Shown one piece after another: positions 37,000 to 47,617 of a stretch of 49,222 nt of DNA. Numbering within the stretch: the first letter of the stretch is position 1; each line of letters starts with the position of its first letter. Position numbers and translations under genes: made by a program. The notes under the pieces are model-generated. The model was not told where the DNA came from. It did no database searches and saw nothing but the letters and a program-made list of their open reading frames with translations. Source of the stretch: Nemertoderma westbladi (taxonomy: Eukaryota; Animalia; Xenacoelomorpha); the NCBI GenBank assembly GCA_032718475.1, contig JAUCBJ010003279.1, forward strand, positions 1-49,222, read 5' to 3'.

Positions 37000-37294
37000 T
37001 AATTACAAATAATTCCCTACAAATATATAAAATTAGATTCGCCATTATCCATATTTAGCAGTTTAAGCTTTTACGGCTCTCGTTTTATTTTTGAACGGTA
37101 GAAGCGGATAGAATAATAACTTTATAAGTCATTGTTCATAAAATAGCACTTTATAGCGTTACGGCACGTGTGATTTTGTTATCCCGAGCGACAGCGAGGA
37201 AAATAATAGACTGAGGGCCGTAAAAGCTTTAAAGTGCTAATTATGAACAATGGCGAATCTAATTGTATTTATTTGTGGGGAATTATTTGTAGTT
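37000..37294. mobile_element. Palindromic MITE-like element, class uncertain
   Basis: About 80-bp inverted arms with an internal ccgagcgacagcgagg motif; a related motif occurs at 19834-19849 and 20861-20880. Confidence 0.6.
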
Positions 37295-37671
37295 ATGCAC
37301 TTAAAACTTTCTAGAACAACCTAGTAATGACGCGGTGAGATACTGGATATGCTGGAAATTCATAGAAAATGTATGGCGTAGGGAAATACTGAGAAATAAT
37401 GTCGCACTGCGATATAAAGCTGGAAAATATGTCGACCTGGCGATTTGATAGTGCGAAATTAATTCCATACAAGTAAATAAGAGACAATGCATTATGACTT
37501 TTCGACATTTCTTTCTATATACTTCCGGTACCGTTACAGTAGTGTTTAACCGGCTTTCGTTTCCACGTCTTCCTTTATCAAAATTATATACGAAACATAT
37601 CCTTTATGTGTATTTCTAATCATTACTGAATATCAAATTTTTTTCACCTTTTTTATATAAATCTCTTTCAG

Positions 37672-37808
37672 GAAGGTAATATCCAGGAATATGGATTGTT
37701 TTTACCAGATGAGGATCCCAGCAAGGGTCTGTGGTTGGAAACTGGTCGTGATTTAGAATATTATATGTTAAGAAATGGGGAATGTTTGGAATATAAAAAG
37801 AAAATACG
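37672..37808 (+). CDS. TLN: Talin coding exon 2
   Basis: ctttcAG|EGNIQEYGLFLPDEDPSKGLWLETGRDLEYYMLRNGECLEYKKKI-CG|GTtagt; resembles recalled FGLFLSDDDPKKGIWLEAGKALDYYMLRNGDTMEYRKK. Not in the ORF track. Confidence 0.93.
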
Positions 37809-38030
37809 GTTAGTGAATAACGATTTGTATATTCAGGAAATATTATAATTAAAGGCCATTGAATGGTGGTATTGAGGGATGTGTTATATGTTACCGTATA
37901 TTCAGTAACGGAGAACAGAAGGGTGGTTCAATATAGTGTGTAGTGTTGTTCATGATCACAATAATTTGGGTTGGTTCCACATCGTTGTAATTTGTGGCGT
38001 TTGTAAAATATATTTTTGATGTTTTTGTCT

Positions 38031-39317
38031 ATGATTTACTTTCTAGGCCGATTAAGGTCCGTATGATTTACTTTCTAGGCCGATTAAGGTCCGTATGATT
38101 TATTGTCTTGGCCGATTAAGGTCCGTATGGTTTACTTTCTAGGCCGATTAAGGTCCGTATGATTTACTTTCTAGGCCGATTAAGGTCCGTATGATTTATT
38201 GTCTTGACCGATTAAGGTCCGTATGGTTTATTATCTAGGCCGATTAAGGTCCGTATGGTTTATTATCTAGGCCGATTAAGGTCCGTATGGTTTACTTTCT
38301 AGGCCGATTAAGGTCCGATTAATTTACTTTATAGGCCGATTAAGGTCCGTATGATTTACTTTCTAGGCCGATTAAGATCCGTATGATTTACTTTCTAGGC
38401 CGATTAAGGTCCGTATGATTTATTTTCTTGGCCGATTAAGGTCCGTATGGTTTATTATCTAGGCCGATTAAGGTCCGTATGGTTTATTATCTAGGCCGAT
38501 TAAGGTCCGTATGGTTTACTTTCTAGGCCGATTAAGGTCCGATTAATTTACTTTAGGCCGATTAAGGTGCGAATGATTTATTGTCTTGGCCGATTAAGGT
38601 CCGTGATGATTTATTGTCTAGGCCGATTAAGGTCCGAATGATTTACTTTCTATGCCGATTAAGGTTCGTATGATTTACTTTCTACGCCGATTAAGGTCCG
38701 AATGATTTACTTTCTAGGCCGATTAAGGTCCGAATGATTTATTGTTTTGGCCGATTGAGGTCCGTGATGATTTATTGTCTAGGCCGATTAAGGTCCGTAT
38801 GATTTACTTTCTAGGCCGATTACGATTCGAATGATTTACTTTCTAGGCCGATTAAGGTCCGATTCATTTACTTTATAGGCCGATTAAGGTCCGAATGATT
38901 TATTGTCTTGGCCGATTAAGGTCCGTGATGATTTATTGTCTAGGCCGATTAAGGTCCATAATGTTTATTATCTAGGCCTATTAAGGTCCGTATGATTTAC
39001 TTTCTAGGCCGATTAAGGTCCGATTCATTTACTTTATAGGCCGATTAAGGTCCGAATGATTTATTGTCTTGGCCGATTAAGGTCCGTAATGATTTATTGT
39101 CTTGGCCGATTAAGGTCCGTGATGATTTATTGTCTAGGCCGATTAAGGTCCGAATGATTTACTTTATAGGCCGATTAAGGTCCGTAATGTTTATTATCTA
39201 GGCCGATTAAGGTCCGAATGATTTACTTTATAGGCCGATTAAGGTCCGTATGATTTACTTTCTAGGCCGATTAAGATTCGAATGATTTACTTTCTAGGCC
39301 GATTAAGATTCGAATGA
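38031..39317 (+). repeat. 32-bp tandem repeat (about 40 copies) of the talin exon-3 acceptor plus exon start
   Basis: Unit atgatttactttctAG|gccgattaaggtccgt; the last copy is the functional junction at 39297/39298. Confidence 0.95.
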
Positions 39318-39512
39318 TGGACGAATCTGTACGAACTATCCCCATCGATGACTCGCAGACAGTCGAGGAGATTCTAATAGTTATTTGTAACCGGGTTGGA
39401 ATAGTAAACCAAGACGAATACTCATTGGTTGTTAGTAACCAAACGCCCCCTAGTGGAGGCGGGGGCGACACCGGTACGATTGGCCGACGTAGTGTTACTG
39501 GAGGTTCTACTG
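39298..39512 (+). CDS. TLN: Talin coding exon 3 (F1)
   Basis: CG|G gives RPIKIRMMDESVRTIPIDDSQTVEEILIVICNRVGIVNQDEYSLV..., resembling recalled RPLKIRMLDGTVKTIMVDDSKTVTDMLMTICARIGITNHDEYSLV; donor GTtagt. Confidence 0.93.
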
Positions 39513-39601
39513 GTTAGTACGTGTGGTTATCGGGGCTATCGGGGCGGTTCTATATGTGATTATTTATAGTTGTATTGATTGTTATTGTCTCTCCACCACA
39601 G

Positions 39602-39725
39602 GTGGAACGATTGATAGAAAAGATGGGAAAAGTCTAACACGAGAGGAAAAACGAATGGACCAACTTAGGAAGAAACTGCATACAGATGATGAGTTGTGTT
39701 GGTTGGATCACACTAAAACTATAAG
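39602..39725 (+). CDS. TLN: Talin coding exon 4 (F1); gene presumably continues beyond the window
   Basis: ccacAG|GGTIDRKDGKSLTREEKRMDQLRKKLHTDDELCWLDHTKTI-AG|GTtagt; conserved KLHTDDELxWLDH motif. Confidence 0.93.
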
Positions 39726-39887
39726 GTTAGTAGTATTGGTTGAATCATAATAGAAACTCAAACTATAATATATTTAGATGGAAGAAAAAAAGTTTAATTA
39801 AATACTATTTGTCATGTTCCCCTGGTGTATCGTAAGTAAGATTGGGTAGATAGATCCAACAGACATTATGTTATGGTAATGTGATCC

Positions 39888-42677
39888 CTTAGCTGAGCCA
39901 TAACGTTTGTCTTAGCTGAGCCATAAAGTTTGTCATAGCTGAGCCATAAATTTTGTCTTAGCTGAGCCATAAAGTTTGTCTTAGCTGAGTCATAAAGTTT
40001 GTCTTAGCTGAGCCATAATGTTTGTCTTAGTTGAGCCATAAAGTTTGTCTTAGCTGAGCCGTAAAGTTTGTCTTAGCAGAGCCATAAAGTTTGTCTTAGC
40101 TGAACCATAATGTTTGTCTTAGCTGAACCATAAAGTTTGTCTTAGCTGAGCCATAAAGTTTGTCTTAGCTGAGCTATAAAGTTTGTCTTAGCAGAGCCAT
40201 AATGTTTGTCTTAGCTGAACCATAATGTTTGTCTTAGCTGAACCATAATGTTTGTCTTAGCTGAACCATAAAGTTTGTCTTAGCTGAGCCATAAAGTTTG
40301 TCTTAGCTGAGCTATAAAGTTTGTCTTAGCTGAGCCATAATGTTTTTCTTAGCTGAGCCATCAAGTTTGTCTTAGCTGAGCCATAAAGTTTGTCTTAGCT
40401 GAGCTATAAAGTTTGTCTTAGCTGAGCCATAAAGTTTGTCTTAGCTGAGCTATAAAGTTTGTCTTAGCTGAGCCATAATGTTTTTCTTAGCTGAGCCATC
40501 AAGTTTGTCTTAGCTGAACCATAATGTTTGTCTTAGCTGAACCATAAAGTTTGTCTTAGCTGAGCCATAAAGTTTGTCTTAGCTGAGCTATAAAGTTTGT
40601 CTTAGCTGAGCCATAATGTTTTTCTTAGCTGAGCCATCAAGTTTGTCTTAGCTGAGCCATAATGTTTTTCTTAGCTGAGAAATAAAGTTTGTCTTAGCTG
40701 AGCCATAAAGTTTGTCTTAGCTGAGCCATAAAGTTTGTCTTAGCTGAGCCATAATGTTTTTCTTATCTGAGCCATAAAGTTTGTCTTAGCTGAGCCATAA
40801 ATTTTGTCTTAGCTGAGCCATAAAGTTTGTCTTAGCTGAGCCATAATGTTTTTCTTAGCTGAGCCATAAAGTTTGTCTTAGCTGAGCCATAAATTTTGTC
40901 TTAGCTGAGCCATAAAGTTTGTCTTAGCTGAGCTATAAAGTTTATCTTAGCTGAGCCATAATGTTTTTCTTAGCTGAGCCATAAAGTTTGTCTTAGCTGA
41001 GCCATAAATTTTGTCTTAGCTGAGCCATAATGTTTTTCTTAGCTGAGCCATAAAGTTTGTCTTAGCTGAGCCATAATGCTTTTCTTAGCTGAGCCATAAA
41101 GTTTGTCTTAGCTGAGCCATAAAGTTTGTCTAAGCTGAGCCATAACGTTTGTCTTAGCTGAGCCATAAAGTTTGTCTTAGCTGAGCCATAAAGTTTGTCT
41201 TAGCTGAGCCATAAAGTTTGTCTAAGCTGAGCCATAACGTTTGTCTTAGCTGAGCCATAAAGTTTGTCTTAGCTGAGCCATAAAGTTTGTCTTAGCTGAA
41301 CCATAAAGTTTGTCTTAGCTGAGCCATAAAGTTTGTCTTAGCTGAACCATAAAGTTTGTCTTAGCTGAGCCATAACGTTTGTCTTAGCTGAGCCATAAAG
41401 TTTGTCTTAGCTGAGCCATAAAGTTTGTCTTAGCTGAGCCATAAAGTTTGTCTAAGCTGAGCCATAACGTTTGTCTTAGCTGAGCCATAAAGTTTGTCTT
41501 AGCTGAGCCATAAAGTTTGTCTTAGCTGAACCATAAAGTTTGTCTTAGCTGAGCCATAACGTTTGTCTTAGCTGAGCCATAAAGTTTGTCTTAGCTGAGC
41601 CATAAAGTTTGTCTTAGCTGAGCCATAAAGTTTGTCTAAGCTGAGCCATAACGTTTGTCTTAGCTGAGCCATAAAGTTTGTCTTAGCTGAGCCATAAAGT
41701 TTGTCTTAGCTGAACCATAAAGTTTGTCTTAGCTGAGCCATAACGTTTGTCTTAGCTGAGCCATAAAGTTTGTCTTAGCTGAGCCATAAAGTTTGTCTTA
41801 GCTGAGCCATAAAGTTTGTCTAAGCTGAGCCATAACGTTTGTCTTAGCTGAGCCATAAAGTTTGTCTTAGCTGAGCCATAAAGTTTGTCTTAGCTGAACC
41901 ATAAAGTTTGTCTTAGCTGAACCATAAAGTTTGTCTTAGCTGAACCATAAAGTTTGTCTTAGCTGAGCCATAAATTTTGTCTTAGCTGAGCCATAAAGTT
42001 TGTCTTAGCTGAGCCATAACGTTTGTCTTAGCTGAGCCATAAAGTTTGTCTTAGCTGAGCCATAAAGTTTGTCTTAGCTGAACCATAAAGTTTGTCTTAG
42101 CTGAACCATAAAGTTTGTCTTAGCTGAACCATAAAGTTTGTCTTAGCTGAGCCATAAATTTTGTCTTAGCTGAGCCATAATGTTTTTCTTAGCTGAGCCA
42201 TAAAGTTTGTCTTAGCTGAGCCATAAATTTTGTCTTAGCTGAGCCATAATGTTTTTCTTAGCTGAGCCATAAAGTTTGTCTTAGCTGAGCCATAATGCTT
42301 TTCTTAGCTGAGCCATAAAGTTTGTCTTAGCTGAGCCATAATGCTTTTCTTAGCTGAGCCATAAAGTTTGTCTTAGCTGAACCATAAAGTTTGTCTTAGC
42401 TGAACCATAAAGTTTGTCTTAGCTGAACCATAAAGTTTGTCTTAGCTGAGCCATAAATTTTGTCTTAGCTGAGCCATAAAGTTTGTCTTAGCTGAACCAT
42501 AAAGTTTGTCTTAGCTGAGCCATAAAGTTTGTCTTAGCTGAGCCATAATGCTTTTCTTAGCTGAGCCATAAAGTTTGTCTTAGCTGAACCATAAAGTTTG
42601 TCTTAGCTGAACCATAAAGTTTGTCTTAGCTGAGCCATAAAGTTTGTCTTAGCTGAGCCATAAAGTTTGTCTTAGCC
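39888..42677 (+). repeat. 23-bp minisatellite (about 120 copies) in talin intron 4
   Basis: Unit cttagctgagccataaagtttgt; highly homogeneous, with recurring variant blocks. Confidence 0.97.
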
Positions 42678-43286
42678 TCAAGTCCTTATAAGCAACCCAA
42701 TGATCATACTCTTAAAACGGAGTCTGTATGGGTACTGCAGTTCCATTGCGCGGAGAAACCCGCGCGGAGCTTCACTAACCTTACCTAACCTTGTAGTGGC
42801 AGTGGCCCCACTACAATAGTTATAGTTCTAGTTTCATAAATTTATTAACCTACATAACAAGCTGCCGTGAACAATCGTATGGTATGGTACCGGGATCCGA
42901 CGACATTTATTAAATTTTTATGAAAAGGATATTCGAGTAAAATTGTTAAAAAAAATTGTTTTAAGTCATATAACAGCACTTAGCATGATCCTACTCATCC
43001 TACTCATCCATGTGATGTATTCAATACACCGAAAAATATAATAACATGGTTTGGTTGTACCACATTCTTTAAAGGGAAGCTGTATTTTGAGTAATTTTTT
43101 TAATTCCGAAAGGTACTGGAATGGGTGCAACGAACTCATCATAATATCTCGACAACTACTGCAGCTATTCAATTTCTATTTACCTCATCTGAAAGATGAG
43201 ATGATAGATGATAATTTTAGTTAGAGACAAGAACTTTCGACGCGCTAGGCATATTGTTTCAGGGTTTCTATCTAAGATATCGTATC

Positions 43287-43628
43287 GGGAACAAGTGAAA
43301 CCGTACCCTGTTTAAAACGTACCCCAACAAAAACTTACACGAATACTGGGGACGTTATACTTCTAACAATGATGCATTGGGTACGTTTTTGGTAGTACAA
43401 AAATAAACGGAAACCTGTGCTATTGAATTGATCGTTTATTGTTTTGGTTAGATTAATTGTCACTGTAACCTGATCCTTTCCCTTTAAATCTCTGAAACTA
43501 ACGATATTGATTGGTTGTAGGAAGTTTTGTTAGGATGACTATAATGTCTTGTGGGTTACACGTACCCGAAATATGGGTACGATATTGATGGGGTACTTTT
43601 TAACCGAGGTACGTTTTGACCTGTAACC
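43287..43628. mobile_element. MITE with cgtaccc subterminal repeats and the shared core module
   Basis: Imperfect TIR gggaacaagtgaaaccgtacc / ggtacgttttgacctgtaacc; core module at 43436-43483. Confidence 0.65.
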
Positions 43629-43684
43629 ATTGTGCATGTCCGTCCCATATTGGGTGCCTATATAGCTGGGTATTTTTACCTCGG

Positions 43685-43765
43685 GTAGTGTGGCCGAGTG
43701 GTTAAGGCGTTGGACTAGGAATCCAATGGGATCTCCAGGCGTAGGTTCGAATCGTACACACTGAG
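43685..43765 (+). tRNA. tRNA-Ser-derived gene, likely a pseudogene, with anticodon AGG
   Basis: A box tggccgagtgg, B box ggttcgaatc, long variable arm, anticodon arm ttgga-CTAGGAA-tccaa and downstream T-runs. Defects: 1:72 mismatch, G:G in the T stem, one base missing near position 8. Confidence 0.8.
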
Positions 43766-45762
43766 GCAATAATTCTTTTGCACGTTTTTTTTAATGCAGT
43801 TCGTCAAAAGTGTAGAAAGAATCTGAAATCTTGTCAAAAATGAGACAATCTGTCGTTCTGTATCGGTAGTTTCAGTTTTAGTGTTTATTCTGTTTACGCC
43901 ATTTGAATTTTATTCTTCTATGCCATGTCTTGTCTCAGATGGATGCCTTTAAGGTTGTTTCAGTATGCATGCACGCACACTCACTCACTGCAGAATGTTA
44001 GCTTAAATTCGGGGAATGTTCCGGAATTGCTAACCACTGATGAGGTATCGGGTACTGTATGTTGTTGGTACACCTCACTCAAAATGTTTATTCTAGCTAG
44101 TTACTCCTATTACTTTTTTTCCCCATTAAGCACAACAGACTTCTGGAATTATTCAAAATATCGATGAAGGTGAAACACGGAATATAAATTATGTATTAAA
44201 GTTGTTCTGGGACACTGATAGTTTTTCGCACTATATATCCTGTCGTGGAACTAATGGATTGATTGCTTTAACCGTATCTGGTCTTGGGGGGTGGGGAAAT
44301 AATTCTATATTTTGTGATAGAGTCTAAATCTCTTATATTAGCATTATTTTGAGGTATTCGAATGCGCTGAATTCAATGAAATTATTTATATATATAGACA
44401 CTGCTACAATGTGAAGGTACTTTAGGGTTGTCAGTGGTTGAAAAATACAAGTAGCCAAGCCAAGCCAGCACTCATATTTTGTAATAGTGTCTAAATCTGA
44501 TATAGTAGCCTAAGTGCATAAGGCCCTAAGTCAACAATTGTAATTTTTCAGGAGAGCCTATAAATGATATAGAGCCAGGGGCTATAGACCCCCCCCCCCC
44601 CCCCCCCCCCCCGACGTAGTAGCATAATCGAAGCTACTGCATTATTTCGTACAATTTAAATTCGCGCTCTTTTATTATTTTTCGCCGAGTAACAAACATT
44701 ACATTGTGTGATGCTAATGTGATATAGTTAAAGTAAGTCGGATTATTCGGCATTTTCTTCATAAATTATACTCAGGTTGTCCTCCACTCCCACCCACGCT
44801 TCCCCAACACTTACCTTTCCATGTAAATAGAATATAAGAATGTTATCAATCTTTTTTACTACAATTTTATCTTTAAGGCTAACATTATAATATTTACCGC
44901 AATTGTAATATACTAACAAATTACGTGTTAATTGATCAAATTATTACATAACCTCGGCACATGAAAACAAACAAATTTACGGATTTTGCTACATAGTGCG
45001 TATATACCTTTAATTCCGCACAAAATTGCACCAATTGAATTGTATTAAAATCAATTTATACAAAATGATGTAAATCAATCTAATTTAGTTCTACATGTCG
45101 TTAAGTCCTTGGAGATGCCTAGCAACCTTATTGATGCTTACAAATTATCAACTCAACAGCTTTAAATCCGACAAAGTTATCACCATGTGAAAATCGTAAC
45201 GACGACAATGACAACTATTTGGAATTATACCAAAGGCTCAACCAAATTCGTGGCGCGACCCACGTATGATATAGAATACATAAGTCTGCATATATTTATT
45301 GTGATACATTCATGCAAAAAATATGGATTGAATTAACCACCACAATCTTTATTGATGTTTCAAGTTTCAACAAATAATGTGAGTTGCGGAGATACGCACA
45401 AATTTAACATTAGGTTTGTCACTTCAGTTCATGTAAGGACTTTTTATTTCAGCCCATTATTATATTGGACTTTGACCAACCGCAAATCCTAGAAAATATG
45501 TTCAAATTTATATGTCTGATAGAGTTTAGTAGGATTCCAAGCATCAATTTACCTAGAGTTGCTGTGGCAGGAAACCATCATGTATTTCGAGGTAACGAAA
45601 AACAAATATTAAAAAAATTACCACGAACAGAAACAAACGTAATAATTACAACTAAACTAATTATCATGCATTCTATTATTCAAAGAAGCTGCTATTTATT
45701 ATAAACTGCCATAACATATTGCAATACTCCATCTAGCGGTTATCGGCGGTAATTCATGTTAT

Positions 45763-46542
45763 CTACTGTACCTTTTGCTTCAATGACGACGCCAAAGTAA
45801 TAATAGCATCGCCGACAAAAACTCCAATTACAGGCCCGATCCAGTACACCACCACGTGGTCTGTTAGCGAACTGCCTTGGCAGTTGAGCGTCACCCCTGC
45901 CGCCTTCAGTGGGTTTATATAGGTTCCTGTGGTAACGGTGCCTAACACGGCTATCGCCATGATGTCTAACGCGTTTATCACCGCGGCAACGGGTCTGTTG
46001 CACCGCCCCCGCACCCAATGCATCACCGCCATGTGCCACGCGAAGGCCAGACATTCTACGGCGCAGCCGGCCAGCGGCTCCAACTGTAACGACGACTTGC
46101 AGATGAAGGCCTCGGTTCGACTAACGTGGGGGCCCACCATACCGAAACTCCAGACCCATCGCATGTGATGGAAGACTAGGAAGGCCCCGACACACTGCAC
46201 AGCGAACGCGATGAGACAATGCTTAGCGCCCGCCATCTTCTTAACCAACATCAATAGTAACACCTGTGGCTCCCCTGATTTCTTTAATATCCATGGCAAC
46301 GGGACTACAGCGCAGAATATATACAGTAGCACTCCAGACAGACCGTATGACGGGTACAGTACCGCGCCTTCGTATTTAATCACGCAAGCAACGAATGTTG
46401 AAACTCCGAATTCGATGTATTCGCTTACATTTCCCACCCCCAATATCTTGTTTGTTGTTATTCGGAGTATAAAAACTAACGCGATTGTGTAGAGGTATAG
46501 TATTATAGTCCCGAATGCGACAGTATCAAATATTGGTTCCAT
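45763..46542 (-). CDS. AQP11/12: Unorthodox aquaporin (AQP11/12 superaquaporin-like), intronless
   Basis: 259 aa with about six hydrophobic segments; EFGVSTFVAC in TM1, second box GTYINPLKAAGVTLNC with the signature Cys, VVYWIGP; first box read as SGEPQ. Confidence 0.85.
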   Translation of the reverse strand: MEPIFDTVAFGTIILYLYTIALVFILRITTNKILGVGNVSEYIEFGVSTFVACVIKYEGAVLYPSYGLSGVLLYIFCAVVPLPWILKKSGEPQVLLLMLVKKMAGAKHCLIAFAVQCVGAFLVFHHMRWVWSFGMVGPHVSRTEAFICKSSLQLEPLAGCAVECLAFAWHMAVMHWVRGRCNRPVAAVINALDIMAIAVLGTVTTGTYINPLKAAGVTLNCQGSSLTDHVVVYWIGPVIGVFVGDAIITLASSLKQKVQ

Positions 46543-46835
46543 AACTCTTAGCTATTAATATTGTATTTAATAACATGACGTTTAATTAATATTTTATTTT
46601 GTTTCGATTAAATGTTTTATTATAATAAATAACCAATTAATTATAATCATATTAAGCATAAAAAGGATTACTTGTTTTCCATAGGGTAACAAGTAACCCA
46701 TAGGATTGCATTGATTTTACTTTTTTCCGGCGAAAAAAGTCAATTAAAATATTATCGGTGGAATTTCTTAAATTTTATTGCAGTTGTTGAAAGAGCATCG
46801 AAGTAGAAAAGGTTTGCACGTATAATTTGCAGATA

Positions 46836-47098
46836 GGGGTGGTGGGGGGGGGGGGGGGACTGGACGCAACAAAAAGTCATCCCTCTCCAGGGGATATTCG
46901 ACGAAAATAACAGCTGCTTACTCCCAAAAATAAAACTGTAACCAAAAATAAAACTGTAACCTGTTTTATTGTATTTATTTTATTGTTTTGGTTAAGTTAA
47001 CGTGCCACTGTAACCTGCTCCTTTCCCTAAATTACGAATTTAACATTGAGGCGGGATATTAATTCGCCAAGATGGGATTTGCGTCCAATTTCCACCCC
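46836..47098. mobile_element. MITE with G-rich termini and the shared core module
   Basis: ggggtgg..actggacgcaa / ttgcgtccaatttccacccc; homologous to 1395-1567. Confidence 0.7.
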
Positions 47099-47203
47099 TG
47101 TCGCATAATTTGGGCGAAATCCATTCACACACTCAAAAGTCATTGCAACTTCAGTGTAGGCCTAAATACTCATTATCCAGTTTTGGTTTATGTAGTTAAG
47201 CGG

Positions 47204-47617
47204 GGTACGCAGCAAACTTCGCCCGCGCCCAACTTCGCCCGGAGCAATCTCTGACCTCAAAATGAGCAACTATCGCCCAGCGGAAACCTTCGCCCGCAGG
47301 CAATCTTCGCCCGCGAGCAAACTTCGCCCAATAAACAATTATTGTTTTGGTTAGAATAAGCCGTCTCTGTAACCTGCTCCTTTCCCTCAATTAGTAACAC
47401 CATCGTTTATTGTTTAGGTTAGAAAAAGCCGTCTCTGTAACCTGCTCCTTTCCCTCAATTTGATACTAAAATGGTTACTAACACAAATCTTATTGGGCGA
47501 AGGTTGTTCGCGGGTGAAGATTGGACGTGGGCGAAGTTTGAACGCGGGCGATGGTTGTACGCGGGTGAAGATTGGACGCGGGCGAAGGTTGTACGCGGGC
47601 GAAGATTGCACCCAACT
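47204..47617. mobile_element. MULE-like MITE with 9-bp TSD
   Basis: TSD gttaagcgg at 47195-47203 and 47618-47626; ttcgccc / gggcgaa inverted subterminal repeats; two copies of the core module in the centre. Confidence 0.85.

Larger units (their letters stand above)
35439..37458. mobile_element. Long-TIR DNA element in talin intron 1, hosting two further insertions
   Basis: About 140-bp imperfect inverted repeat, 35439-35580 vs 37309-37458. Confidence 0.7.

Noticed and set aside
38031-42677. Possible CRISPR arrays (32-bp and 23-bp repeats; also the 29, 39 and 52-bp arrays)
   Set aside because: Units are head-to-tail with no unique spacers, there are no cas genes, and the context is a eukaryotic intron.
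44540-44570. tttttcAG as the talin exon-5 acceptor
   Set aside because: The required phase reads R-R-A-Y-K-stop, with no talin similarity.
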